Source of the DNA: Acidobacteriota bacterium
GTDB taxonomy: Bacteria; Acidobacteriota; Vicinamibacteria; Vicinamibacterales; UBA2999
Reading direction: 5' to 3'
Length of the DNA: 33,115 nucleotides
NCBI GenBank assembly: GCA_032155105.1
Contig: JALDXK010000002.1
Coordinates: forward strand, 1-33,115
The notes beneath the pieces are model-generated. The model made no database searches and was not told the origin of the DNA. It saw only the letters and a list, made by a program, of their open reading frames with translations. Below, piece by piece: positions 6,872-16,136 of the stretch. The first letter of the stretch is position 1. Every line of letters starts with the position of its first letter. Both the position numbers and the translations under genes were made by a program.

Positions 6872-9175
6872 ATGACACAGATCATCGCGGCTAGCCTGCT
6901 CGGGCTGGCGCTGGCCGCGCTGATCCAATCGAACGGCCCCGCGTACTTCATCCGCAGCCTCGAGAACCCGAGGGAGCGGCGCGAAGCGCGTGCCGACATC
7001 CTCGATACGCCGGTGCATCCTGGGTCGGTGGTCAAGCCGCTGGCCCTTGTTGCCGCGCTCGAACGCGGGGTGATCCGGCAGGATCACGAGCACATGTGCC
7101 GCCGCACGGCGAAGGTCGGCGGCCAGACGCTGGCCTGCTCGCATCCGGATCTCAAGCGGCCATTGTCGCTGGCCGAGGCGCTCGCGTACTCGTGCAATGA
7201 TTTTTTCGTCTCGCTTGCGCCGCGCCTGTCGCGCGAGGCCTTGAACGCGACCCGGATCGCGGCGGGACTGCCGCCGATTGCCGCCACCACTCCGATGGCA
7301 GCCGCCATCGTCGGCCTCGACGGGCCGAAGACCACGCCCCGTGCACTCATCGACATGATGGCGCGCGTTGCCGGCGTGCCGGGCCGAAGCGTCGCGAAGG
7401 CTGGCGCCGGCAGCGACACACCGTTGCCGATGCGCCCGGAGACGAGGGCCATTGTGCTCGAGGGCCTGCGCGGCGCAGCAGACTACGGCACCGCGTCGGC
7501 GCTGAAGACCGGCGGCGTGAGCGCGCTCGCGAAGACCGGATCGATCGTGATGCCCAACGGCACCGCCCTCGGCCTGGTGGTGGCGCTGACGCCCTCCGAC
7601 ACACCCACCCGCGCCATTGTCGTCGCCGCCCCCGGCGCTGCGGGCCTCGACGCAGCATCGCTTGCGGTTGAGATCCTGCGGGCCGCACCGGCGCCACCGT
7701 CCCTGGCACCTCAGGCACCGAATGTGGTGCAGGTCTCTACGATTCGGTTGGGCCGCTCTGGCGCGAACTCAGCAGTCAAGATCGAGACGTTGCAGGTGGA
7801 CGACTACATCGCCCAGGTCCTCGCCGGTGAGGGTGAGCCGCGAGCCTCTGATGCGGCCCAGCAGGCACTGGCCATTACCGCGCGCACGTTTGCGATGGCG
7901 AACCGCAACCGGCACAGGAGAGAGGGCTACGATCTTTGCGACACGACGCACTGCCAGGTGGTGCGGCCGGCGACGGCGGTAACGCGGCGCGCCGCCGAGG
8001 CCACGAGCGGTCGCGTGTTGTTGCACCAGGGGCAGCCCGCATTCGTCTTCTATTCCGCGTGGTGCGGCGGGCACACTGAACGGGCGTCGCACGTGTGGCC
8101 GGGCGCGGTGGACTATGCCTCCACGCCGTCACTCGACGATGAGGCGTGCGACGACGAGCCGGCGTGGACGAGCGAGGTGCGTGCCGATCAGATCGAGCGC
8201 GCGCTGCGGGCGGCCGGCCTGCGTGGCTCGCGCCTGCGCAACCTGCGCGTGGTAGCGCGCAATGAATCCGAGCGCGTCGCGCGCATTCGCGTCGAAGGGT
8301 TTACGCCCAACGAGATGAGCGGCCACGAGTTCCGCATGGCAGTCGGACGCGTGGCCGGATGGCAGGCGCTCAAGAGCACCGCATTCGACGTCGATCGGAC
8401 CGGCAGCGGCTATCGATTCCGCGGTCGCGGGTTCGGTCACGGTGTAGGCCTGTGCGTGATCGGTGCGGGCAAGCGTGCGACACGCGGCGCGAGCACGGAC
8501 GCGATCCTGCGTTTCTATTTTCCGGGGCTGACGATCGGCTCGATGTCTGCTTCGCCCGTGCTCACCACCGCACCTGCGTCTGTCTCCCCTCGTGCAACCG
8601 CCTCCGCTCGTGCATCCGCCTCCGCTCGTGCGCCATCTGACGAGCTACGGCGCGACGGCGACGTGTCGCTGGCATTGCCCGCGGCCGAGGAAGCAGAGCG
8701 CGGCAGCCTGCTGTCGCTCGTCCGCCGCAGTCGCGATGAGATCGCCAAGGCGACGGGCGTGACGGCGCCGAACCTTCGCATCACGGTGCATCCCACCGTG
8801 GACAGTTTTGGGCGTGCGACCGGTCAGCCGTGGTGGGTGTCGGGGGCGACGCACGGCGCGTCGATCGATCTCCTGCCGGTCACCGTGCTGCGCCAACAGG
8901 GTCAGCTCGAACGCACGGTGCGTCATGAAGTGGCGCATGCTCTGCTCGACGGCTCGCTCGAGAAGCGGCCGATCTGGGTGCGCGAAGGCGCCGCCGCGTA
9001 TTTCGCCTCCCCGCCTGGCGCGCGGCAGGGCCGGCCCGATCGCGTTTCGTGCCCGGCCGACCTCGAGCTGCTCCGTCCGATCTCCGCGGGCATGCAGCGC
9101 GAAGCGTACGCGCGCGCCGAAGCGTGCTTTGCGCGCGCGATCGCCGACGGCAAGCGCTGGAACGCCATTCGTTAA
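6872..9175 (+). CDS. Tri-domain cell-wall enzyme: penicillin-binding/beta-lactamase-fold domain + SpoIID/LytB domain + C-terminal HExxH peptidase-like domain
   Basis: N-terminal signal/anchor. SxxK (SVVK, nt 7025-7036), SxN (YSCND) and KTG (nt 7532-7540) with class-A-like spacing. SpoIID/LytB blocks: YIAQVLAGEGEP, ALAITARTFA, YDLCDTTHCQV, FYSAWCGGHTE. HEVAH at 8924-8938 in the last ~150 aa. An Ala/Ser/Arg linker contains an 18-nt direct duplication near 8590-8630. Confidence 0.8.
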   Translation: MTQIIAASLLGLALAALIQSNGPAYFIRSLENPRERREARADILDTPVHPGSVVKPLALVAALERGVIRQDHEHMCRRTAKVGGQTLACSHPDLKRPLSLAEALAYSCNDFFVSLAPRLSREALNATRIAAGLPPIAATTPMAAAIVGLDGPKTTPRALIDMMARVAGVPGRSVAKAGAGSDTPLPMRPETRAIVLEGLRGAADYGTASALKTGGVSALAKTGSIVMPNGTALGLVVALTPSDTPTRAIVVAAPGAAGLDAASLAVEILRAAPAPPSLAPQAPNVVQVSTIRLGRSGANSAVKIETLQVDDYIAQVLAGEGEPRASDAAQQALAITARTFAMANRNRHRREGYDLCDTTHCQVVRPATAVTRRAAEATSGRVLLHQGQPAFVFYSAWCGGHTERASHVWPGAVDYASTPSLDDEACDDEPAWTSEVRADQIERALRAAGLRGSRLRNLRVVARNESERVARIRVEGFTPNEMSGHEFRMAVGRVAGWQALKSTAFDVDRTGSGYRFRGRGFGHGVGLCVIGAGKRATRGASTDAILRFYFPGLTIGSMSASPVLTTAPASVSPRATASARASASARAPSDELRRDGDVSLALPAAEEAERGSLLSLVRRSRDEIAKATGVTAPNLRITVHPTVDSFGRATGQPWWVSGATHGASIDLLPVTVLRQQGQLERTVRHEVAHALLDGSLEKRPIWVREGAAAYFASPPGARQGRPDRVSCPADLELLRPISAGMQREAYARAEACFARAIADGKRWNAIR

Positions 9176-9918
9176 GCGGCGAGCTGCTCCGACCGCGGAT
9201 CCGGCGGCGTCACCGGCATGCGAATCGCTTCATAGATGATGAGCGCGACACCGACGGCGATCAGCAGCGTTGCGATCGTCAGCTTGGTGACGATGAAGAT
9301 CATCTCGGCGCTGGTCGGCGGAAGCCACCCAGGCCGCCACGGCACCAAGTAGGCCCACGGCAGCACGATCAACACCAGGAACCAGGCTGTGGCGATGGCC
9401 AGCGTGCGCGGCCGTACCGCGCGCCGCAGCCACGCCGGCATCACGACCGCCCGCCAACCCGCGCTCGCCATGCCGGCCATCAACGACACCGCGAGGAGGC
9501 CCGCGGGGACCCATCGCAGCCAAATGGTCGCGGCGCTGATGCTGCTGAACAGCCACGACACGTTGTCCCATCCGAACCGGGCGATGAACCACGCGTTGAT
9601 TTCGCCGCTTCGCAAGGCCACCCACGTGTCGATGTGCCCAGCGATCCACCAGAACAGCACCACGACGAGCGCCGCCGGAATAATCGAAGCCAGGCGCGGC
9701 AGCGTGCGGCGGATTCCCGCCGATGACCATCCGCTCGACCAAACGAGAATCGCGGTGTTGATGGTCAACGACAACAGCGCCAGCACGCCCACCACGAGCA
9801 CCGCAGACAACACCAGCGCCGGCACGGTGGATTCGGGCGTGTTGAGGAACACCCAGTAGGTTGCTCCCGTCGCCGCTCCGCCAATGAGCAGCGCCAGGGT
9901 GGCGAGCGCGAGTTTCAT
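9172..9918 (-). CDS. Polytopic inner-membrane protein of unknown function, last gene of the alpha-2-macroglobulin operon
   Basis: About 6 hydrophobic segments, Trp-rich. Its ATG overlaps the A2M stop (ATGA at 9915-9918). Its stop overlaps the convergent gene's stop (TTAA at 9172-9175). Confidence 0.55.
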   Translation of the reverse strand: MKLALATLALLIGGAATGATYWVFLNTPESTVPALVLSAVLVVGVLALLSLTINTAILVWSSGWSSAGIRRTLPRLASIIPAALVVVLFWWIAGHIDTWVALRSGEINAWFIARFGWDNVSWLFSSISAATIWLRWVPAGLLAVSLMAGMASAGWRAVVMPAWLRRAVRPRTLAIATAWFLVLIVLPWAYLVPWRPGWLPPTSAEMIFIVTKLTIATLLIAVGVALIIYEAIRMPVTPPDPRSEQLAA

Positions 9919-12900
9919 CGGCTGCTCCCGTCTGGCACCGCGATCGTGAACGCCTGTGGCTCAGAAGAGGCGTGCACGCCCGGCACGTACATCGGCGAGA
10001 TCTGCGCGGGAATGGCGCGGAACTGGCCCGGCGCGATGACCTTCAGCATGTAGCTGTATTCGTAGCGCCCACGCTCGAATGTCTCCTGGAAGAACACCGT
10101 CCGCGGGTCGCGATACTCGACGCGCGATCCGTACCACCACGCATTCGCCGCTTCACGTTCGAGGGGGTACGCCGTGGTGTCCTGGATGGCCTCGACACCC
10201 GCAGGCAACGGATCTTCGAGCGCGAGATACCGCCATTCCGGAGATCCCGCAACCGTCAGGCGCACCGTCAATACGTCTCCGGGGCTGGCGGTGCCGCTGA
10301 ACGGCGTTTCGCGATACACGATCCGGCCGCGCACCGTCACGGGCGTCAACATTGCGTACTTCCGCGTGACGGCGAGTAGTCGCGATCCGCTACGCGCGTC
10401 GGCATTCGCGGTGTCGTAATAGACTGCCGCCGCCGACCAATACACCGTTCCGCCATCGCGCTTGACGATGCGCACCTGGTTGGCGCCGGCGATGGCCGGT
10501 GCGGAGATGACGATCGGATCAGGCGCCGTCAAGGCGGCGGCCGTAAAGGCGTGGCTGCCGGCCGGCGCACCGTTGACGAACACGTCCACACTGAACGACT
10601 GTGCGGTTTCGCCGCGGGCCTGCATGAAAGCCAGCAACCCGTAGATGGCGATCGCGGTTTGCTTGGTCGACGACCAATAGCCACCGGTGCGATTGAGCAT
10701 CATCCATCGCACCGCGCGTTCGAGCAGCGGATTGCGGGGATCGCGCTTCACGAGTGCCTGCACCGCGAAGGCGGTGGCTTCGACACTGGTTTCCGCGAAA
10801 TCAAACAGCAGCGGGTCGTTGGCAACGGCCCACCACGACACGTCGCCGCGGGTGTGAGCCTCCCCGATCAGCGTTTGCGCAAGTTCGTCGCCGCGCGGGT
10901 CCTTCACTTCATCCAGCAGCAACAGCAGCAAGGAACGGCCATAGGCGCTCATGCGCGCACGCATCTCCCACAGTTCGTCGCGTGCCGCAGCGTGGCTGTA
11001 GGTGCCCTGCCGGCCTTCGGCGAACCACGGGATCTCAACTTGATCAGCTGCGGTGCGCTGCAGCACGAACGCTTCGTAGGCCTTGAGGTCCGGCTCGACG
11101 CGCGGATATTGCGCATACAGCTGCGCCAGCGTGCGCGCCGCGTTGCTCAGCCGGTAGTCGGCGACCTTGACGCCGGCGCGGCGGGCCTCATCGAGACCCC
11201 ACAAGGCGTACGCGGTCATGAACGGATGATTCCCGTCCGACTTCCACCATCCCCATCCACCATCGTCGTGTTGAGCGTCGTAGAGGCGCTGCAGTCCCGC
11301 CGACACCTGGCGATCGAGTGCCGAGAGCCGTTCGGTCGGCACGATCTTCAACTCAGTGAGCGCGCGCGTGACGAGCAGGTTGGGCAGGAAGCTCGAGACC
11401 GTCTGTTCGGTGCAGCCGTACGGATAGTTGGTGAGGAAATCGAGCGCGCCGAGCACCGAGCCGGCGAGTGATGGCGCTAACGACACGGTGACCGATCGCG
11501 CGGCCGGGTTCGCGCTGTCGGGCATGTTGACGGTAACCGTGCTGTCGCCGGCACCGACGATCGAGCCGCTGGTGCCGGCGTCGCGCCGGATGCCGAAGGG
11601 CAAGACCGGAATCGGCAACTCGACGGCGTCGGCGTCGCTGTCGGTCTTCGCGGTGGCCGTGACCGTGGCGATGCCGACTGCTCTGGCGGCAAAGCGCCAG
11701 TCGTCGCGCCGCTCGGCGCCGCTGTCGAGCGCACCGGTCGTGGCGGTGTGCGTGCCGACCGGCTCGAGCCCACGCGCCTCGATCGACACTGCCGCGGTTC
11801 GCGCCTCGGGCCGATAGTTGTGGACGAGTGTCGGCACCACGACTTCATCGCCTTCGGTGAGGAAGCGCGTGGTGATGGCGCGCACGATCAGGTCCTTGGT
11901 GGTGGTCGTGCGCGCGACGCTGCTGCCGGCGCGGGTGTCTTCGGTGATCGCGCGCGCGGTCAGCCGCCACGTGGTCAAGGCATCGGGATAGGTCACCGCG
12001 ATTCTCCCGCGGCCTTGCGCATCGGTGACAAGATCGCCGACCCAGTAGATCGCGTCCGGGAACTCCTTGCGGACCTGCGCCTGCGTTGGCGTGTCGCCCT
12101 TGAAGTCCACGAGGGTGAATGGACGCCGCGATCGGCGCGTCAACTGGAGCCGATCGCGTCCCGAGTAGCCCGTGAAGTAGTACTCGCGCGAAAATGTCGT
12201 CGCAACGCGTGTGTACTCGCGGCGATAGAAAAAACGCACCGGGTCGGGAGTCTCATCCGGCTTCACGCCGTAGACGGCTTCGTCGATCACCGCGAGGCTG
12301 ACCTGTGCGCGCACCGGCTGACCCTTCTGATCGGTGACCGTCACGTTGAAGACGCCGGGCTCGCGCGGCCGCGACACGGCTTGATCAGCGGTGACCTCGA
12401 CCTGGAGCGTGCGCGACGATGCCGCCACGCCGAGCCGCCGCTCGGCACTATACAGCCGGCCTTCGCGCAGATAGGCGATGCTGACGAACACGTCGCCGAC
12501 GTCGCCGTGTTCAATCGGCACCTCGAGCGAATCCGTGGGGGAGGGCCGCATCACGCGATACCACGAGACGTGCTGGCCTTCCTTGGTCACGAGCACGGGA
12601 CCGACGATGGTCTCGCCGCGCACGATCAGCCGCGCCGACTCGCCGGGCTGATAGTTCTTTCGGTCCGACATCAGCTCGAGATACCGGTCGCCGGTGTCGT
12701 CGGTGTTCTCGCTCGGACCGGGGACCCACAACCACACCATGGCCTGGACGGTCCGCTCACCACTCGGTGCGGCCACACGGATGCGGAACGTGCCGGTGCG
12801 ATTCGGCAGCTGCAGCCGCGCCGTCACGCTGCCATCGGCCGCCGTCGTTGCCGTGGCAGTGCCCATCGTTCTCGCGGTGGGTTCGGTGTAATACCCGGAG

Positions 12901-14696
12901 CGGTATTCGAGATGTTCGAGCGTAAGCGTCAGCGGCACGTTGGGCTGCGGCGCGCCAGTGTAGTCGATGGCCCGCATCGACACGTCCACGGGCGAATTCG
13001 ATCGGAACACCGACGTTGACGTCTGCGCCGAGACCATGAACGTGCCGTAGGTCGCGTGCACCACGGTGTTGCCAGACACTTCGCGATTGGCGGCGTCCAT
13101 GACTTGCGCCTCGATGCGTGCGCTGTAGTCGCGACCCTCCTCGTCTTCGGCGAGCGGGATGCGTAATTCCGCCTTGCCATCGGCGTCGAGCCGCAGTGTG
13201 CCCTCCGCCGTCTGGTTACCGCCATACCAATAGTTCGACTCGCCGATCTCGAACCCTTCGTCCCAACCGAGCGGTGAGTAGTAGGGCTGCCGATTGACGA
13301 CCCAACGCAACTGCGCGTTGGCCACCGGCTGCCCGAAGTAATAGCGCGCCTGCACCGAGACCACCGCCTCGCGGCCCTGCACGACGAAGCGCGACGCCGG
13401 CTGTACGATCACTTCGAACTCGGGCTTGCGATATTCCTGCACCTCGAAGGCGGCACTGCCTTGCGCGGCGCCGCTCTGGACGCGAATGGTGTAGTTGCCG
13501 AGGGCCGCGGTGGCCGGCACTGGGAAGGTCGCGTGCACCGCGCCGAACGGATCGAGCTTTACCTGGCGGCGGAATACCACCTTGTCGTTGGGATCGGAGG
13601 CCACGACCTCGGCATCGGGCCGATCGAAGCGGGCGAGCGCGTCGAGATGGCGCCAGCGCAGCACGGCCTTGACGTGCACGGTGTGGCCGGGGCGATAGAT
13701 GGGTTTATCGGTGTAGATGTACGCCGCAAGCTCGCGGGCGGGCTGCTCGAGCGTCCACGCTCCCGGATCGGTGGCGGCCATCTGATCGCCGCATTGGGCG
13801 ACGCCGACGAGGTCTTCCATCCGCTGCTCTGGCAGCTTCGCCTCGAACAGGCCATCGCCGCTGGTTCGCCCTTCGGCGACGGTCTGCTTCGACGCAAGAA
13901 CGCGGATCGCGCACTCGCCGACGGGCTCGCCGCTGAATCGATCGGCGGCGAAGAACAGCATCTGTCCCGGCGAGGTCTTCGTCACCAAGCCGACGTCAGA
14001 CACGATCACGATGGTATAGGCGCGCAGCAGATCGCTCACCGCTTCGACGACGTAGATGCCCGGCTGTTCGAGGTCCACGGGCACGCGCCGCACCTCGGCG
14101 TCGCGCCGGTTCGGGAGCAGCTCACGCCAGGTCGTCACCACCTGATCGGCGTTGAGCAGCGGCACCTGCGCGAAGGTGCTGGCGTTGAGCACGACGCGCT
14201 GGGCGACCTCGGCCTGGTCGATCATGGCCCGCCGTGCGACACGGTACTCGTGGCTCGCCTGCGCGCGTGCGAAGCGATGCACGCGCTCCCGCTGTGACCG
14301 TTTCCACCCGGCGAACTTCTCGATCCAGGTGCGTTCCTGTTCGACGGCGGTCTCGCCGGTGCCGAGCTGATGCGGATCGTCGAGCCCGGCGAAGAAGGCG
14401 AACGGGTCCTTGACCTTGTAGACGCGGAAGTCGAGCTCGGTGAGGCGGCGGAAGGTCAGGTAGAAATGCGGCGCATCCCTCGTGGTGAACGCCTCGCTCG
14501 TCGACAGTGAGAACGCTGGCCGCGAGTCCGCGGCGTCGTCCTGCGCGTACGCGGGGACCACGAGCGATGCCAACGCGAGCAGGACGAAGGCAAGGAGCCT
14601 GCCCTGAGCGAATAACAGCGTTTTCGCTGTTGCGAGTCGACGGAGCCTGACCTGAGTGAGTGACGGCGTTGTCGCCGTTGCGAGTCGAAGGGTCAT
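9915..14696 (-). CDS. Bacterial alpha-2-macroglobulin family protein with intact thioester site
   Basis: About 1590 aa. YPYGCTEQT thioester motif (CTEQ encoded at 11403-11414, minus strand). MG-domain-like repeats. Sec signal ...LALASLVVPAYA-QDD. The ATG at 14696 forms an ATGA overlap with the upstream gene's stop. The listed 14846 start is probably too far upstream. Confidence 0.92.
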   Translation of the reverse strand: MTLRLATATTPSLTQVRLRRLATAKTLLFAQGRLLAFVLLALASLVVPAYAQDDAADSRPAFSLSTSEAFTTRDAPHFYLTFRRLTELDFRVYKVKDPFAFFAGLDDPHQLGTGETAVEQERTWIEKFAGWKRSQRERVHRFARAQASHEYRVARRAMIDQAEVAQRVVLNASTFAQVPLLNADQVVTTWRELLPNRRDAEVRRVPVDLEQPGIYVVEAVSDLLRAYTIVIVSDVGLVTKTSPGQMLFFAADRFSGEPVGECAIRVLASKQTVAEGRTSGDGLFEAKLPEQRMEDLVGVAQCGDQMAATDPGAWTLEQPARELAAYIYTDKPIYRPGHTVHVKAVLRWRHLDALARFDRPDAEVVASDPNDKVVFRRQVKLDPFGAVHATFPVPATAALGNYTIRVQSGAAQGSAAFEVQEYRKPEFEVIVQPASRFVVQGREAVVSVQARYYFGQPVANAQLRWVVNRQPYYSPLGWDEGFEIGESNYWYGGNQTAEGTLRLDADGKAELRIPLAEDEEGRDYSARIEAQVMDAANREVSGNTVVHATYGTFMVSAQTSTSVFRSNSPVDVSMRAIDYTGAPQPNVPLTLTLEHLEYRSGYYTEPTARTMGTATATTAADGSVTARLQLPNRTGTFRIRVAAPSGERTVQAMVWLWVPGPSENTDDTGDRYLELMSDRKNYQPGESARLIVRGETIVGPVLVTKEGQHVSWYRVMRPSPTDSLEVPIEHGDVGDVFVSIAYLREGRLYSAERRLGVAASSRTLQVEVTADQAVSRPREPGVFNVTVTDQKGQPVRAQVSLAVIDEAVYGVKPDETPDPVRFFYRREYTRVATTFSREYYFTGYSGRDRLQLTRRSRRPFTLVDFKGDTPTQAQVRKEFPDAIYWVGDLVTDAQGRGRIAVTYPDALTTWRLTARAITEDTRAGSSVARTTTTKDLIVRAITTRFLTEGDEVVVPTLVHNYRPEARTAAVSIEARGLEPVGTHTATTGALDSGAERRDDWRFAARAVGIATVTATAKTDSDADAVELPIPVLPFGIRRDAGTSGSIVGAGDSTVTVNMPDSANPAARSVTVSLAPSLAGSVLGALDFLTNYPYGCTEQTVSSFLPNLLVTRALTELKIVPTERLSALDRQVSAGLQRLYDAQHDDGGWGWWKSDGNHPFMTAYALWGLDEARRAGVKVADYRLSNAARTLAQLYAQYPRVEPDLKAYEAFVLQRTAADQVEIPWFAEGRQGTYSHAAARDELWEMRARMSAYGRSLLLLLLDEVKDPRGDELAQTLIGEAHTRGDVSWWAVANDPLLFDFAETSVEATAFAVQALVKRDPRNPLLERAVRWMMLNRTGGYWSSTKQTAIAIYGLLAFMQARGETAQSFSVDVFVNGAPAGSHAFTAAALTAPDPIVISAPAIAGANQVRIVKRDGGTVYWSAAAVYYDTANADARSGSRLLAVTRKYAMLTPVTVRGRIVYRETPFSGTASPGDVLTVRLTVAGSPEWRYLALEDPLPAGVEAIQDTTAYPLEREAANAWWYGSRVEYRDPRTVFFQETFERGRYEYSYMLKVIAPGQFRAIPAQISPMYVPGVHASSEPQAFTIAVPDGSSR
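14597..14692 (-). repeat. Two tandem copies of a 48-nt unit (about 83% identical) in the 5' end of the A2M gene, each with an internal short hairpin
   Basis: Plus-strand 14597-14644 (gcctgccctgagcgaataacagcgttttcgctgttgcgagtcgacg...) versus 14645-14692 (gcctgacctgagtgagtgacggcgttgtcgccgttgcgagtcgaag...). In an aligned 46 nt I counted 38 matches. Confidence 0.7.
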
Positions 14697-15397
14697 AGCG
14701 GGGCCAACCGAAAGATGCCGACGAACTGCGGATTCGAGGCCACTGGTCGCCACCGTGGGGAAGGGTGTTGCGTCAGCGTGGCGAGGCGTACCTTTCGCAC
14801 CTCGCCGGGGCCGCCGTCGAGCGGACCCGTGTGATACACGACCCAATCGTCGCCGTCAGGTTCGAAGTGCGAGCGGCCGACGAACACCATCAGGTGATCC
14901 GGCGCGCGTTGCGAAGGTTGGTGGAAGTAGAGGAGATCACCGGGAGCGAGGGCGCGCGGATCGCGGCCGAGCGATCGGGCGTTGAGCCGGACGAGCGTCC
15001 TGGCGTCCGCGAACTCGGCGTACTTCGGCGACGGCTCGCCCGCGACGCGAAACAACGGCCAGCCGGCGTCACCCGGTTTCGGCGCGCTGCGCACGTCTGC
15101 GAACTGCGGCGTGAATGGCAGCTTCGCGCCGCGCACCCACTCCGGCGTGTGCGCGCGCAGCGCCTCGCGGAAGGCATGGCGCACGAGGGCGGCGCAGTCG
15201 ATCACGTCGGCCGTCTGGCGCTCGAACTGGGCGTCGGCAAGCAGCACGAACCAGGCGCGGAACGCCGCGCGGTCCGAGTCGTCTGCGAGGCGCACTTGCG
15301 CCTGCGTGGGACCGCCGGCGATCGCCACGGCGAGGACGGTGGAGCATACAAGACGCGCCATGGTCACGTGAGACGTATTGAAGGCACGCCGACTCAT
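14693..15397 (-). CDS. DUF1175-like (YfaT-like) exported protein
   Basis: Signal-like [21 protein letters not shown] (alternative ATG at 15361). Remembered DUF1175 pattern: D..AFR.WF......Q........DCAALVR.A.REAL, GDLL(Y)F.Q, YHTG. The partnership with an A2M gene is as in the E. coli yfaS/yfaT neighbourhood. Family call is from memory only. Confidence 0.6.
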   Translation of the reverse strand: MSRRAFNTSHVTMARLVCSTVLAVAIAGGPTQAQVRLADDSDRAAFRAWFVLLADAQFERQTADVIDCAALVRHAFREALRAHTPEWVRGAKLPFTPQFADVRSAPKPGDAGWPLFRVAGEPSPKYAEFADARTLVRLNARSLGRDPRALAPGDLLYFHQPSQRAPDHLMVFVGRSHFEPDGDDWVVYHTGPLDGGPGEVRKVRLATLTQHPSPRWRPVASNPQFVGIFRLAPL

Positions 15398-15416
15398 GTT
15401 CCGCAGCGGAGCCTCG

Positions 15417-16085
15417 CTAAAGCTTGACGGCGAAGCCCGACCAGCGGCCGGCGACCCAGCGTTCGCGCAGCTTGCCGCCGTGTGCCTCGATGATCGAATC
15501 GGCGATCGGCAGCAGCAGGCCCGATCCGCTCCGCGAGAGGTCCAGCGGCTGATCGACGATCTTGCCGCGACTGAGGGTCCGCGGGGTGATCACGACCGTC
15601 GCCGATCCCATGCGTTTCGAGAGCCGCAGATCGATGGTGGCCGCGCCGCTCTGCGCGCGGGCCAGCACGTAGATCAAGGTGCAGAAGGCGGTGCGCAGCT
15701 TGGCTTCGTCGAGGCGCATGCGCACGTCGACGGGCGCCACGACGTCCAGCTCCACGTCGTGGCTGGCCGGCAGCGCCACCGCCTGCACGGCCTGGTTGAG
15801 CACCGAGCGCAGGGACAGGGATTTCACCGTGAGGCGGATGTCGCCTTCCTTGAGCGTGGCCAGCTCGCCGATTTCGTCGAGCAGTTCCACCAGGCGATCC
15901 GCCGCGCGCGCCGCCTCGTCGACCGCCTTCCGATGGCGCTGGTGCAGCGTCGGGTCGCGGTCGAGCATCCGGAGGTGGCCGCGCACCCCGCCGGTGGGCT
16001 GCCGCAACTCGTGCGAGGCCAGGGACAACAGGGCGGACACGTCCGCATCAACCATGTGACACAGAGTAGCACTGTGAAACGCCAC
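15417..16085 (-). CDS. Sensor-less, degenerate histidine-kinase-like protein (HisKA + degraded HATPase_c)
   Basis: H-box [19 protein letters not shown]-terminal [16 protein letters not shown] resembles the G2 region. I cannot find an N-box Asn or a DxGxG G1 box, and there are no TM or sensor domains. The start could be the ATG at 16055 (MVDADVS...). Confidence 0.6.
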   Translation of the reverse strand: MAFHSATLCHMVDADVSALLSLASHELRQPTGGVRGHLRMLDRDPTLHQRHRKAVDEAARAADRLVELLDEIGELATLKEGDIRLTVKSLSLRSVLNQAVQAVALPASHDVELDVVAPVDVRMRLDEAKLRTAFCTLIYVLARAQSGAATIDLRLSKRMGSATVVITPRTLSRGKIVDQPLDLSRSGSGLLLPIADSIIEAHGGKLRERWVAGRWSGFAVKL

Positions 16086-16136
16086 GGCGGAGCCGGCGTC
16101 CTATGGGTCAGGTATCATTGGGGGCGAAGGGACCTT

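Noticed and set aside
9172-9175. TTAA where the stop codons of two convergent genes overlap, with no terminator between them.
   Set aside because: The observation is real, but it is a common arrangement in compact genomes. It is noted under the A2M finding rather than treated as a feature.
15378-16136. First ~250 codons of the listed 574-aa ORF 15378..17102.
   Set aside because: This part is antisense to the histidine-kinase-like gene and is low-complexity. Recognisable MsrP sequence, with a Tat signal, starts only at the ATG at 16137.
16056-16136. Short palindrome cacag-N7-ctgtg in the divergent kinase/msrP intergenic region as an operator.
   Set aside because: It has only 5-bp arms and no second copy, so the evidence is insufficient.
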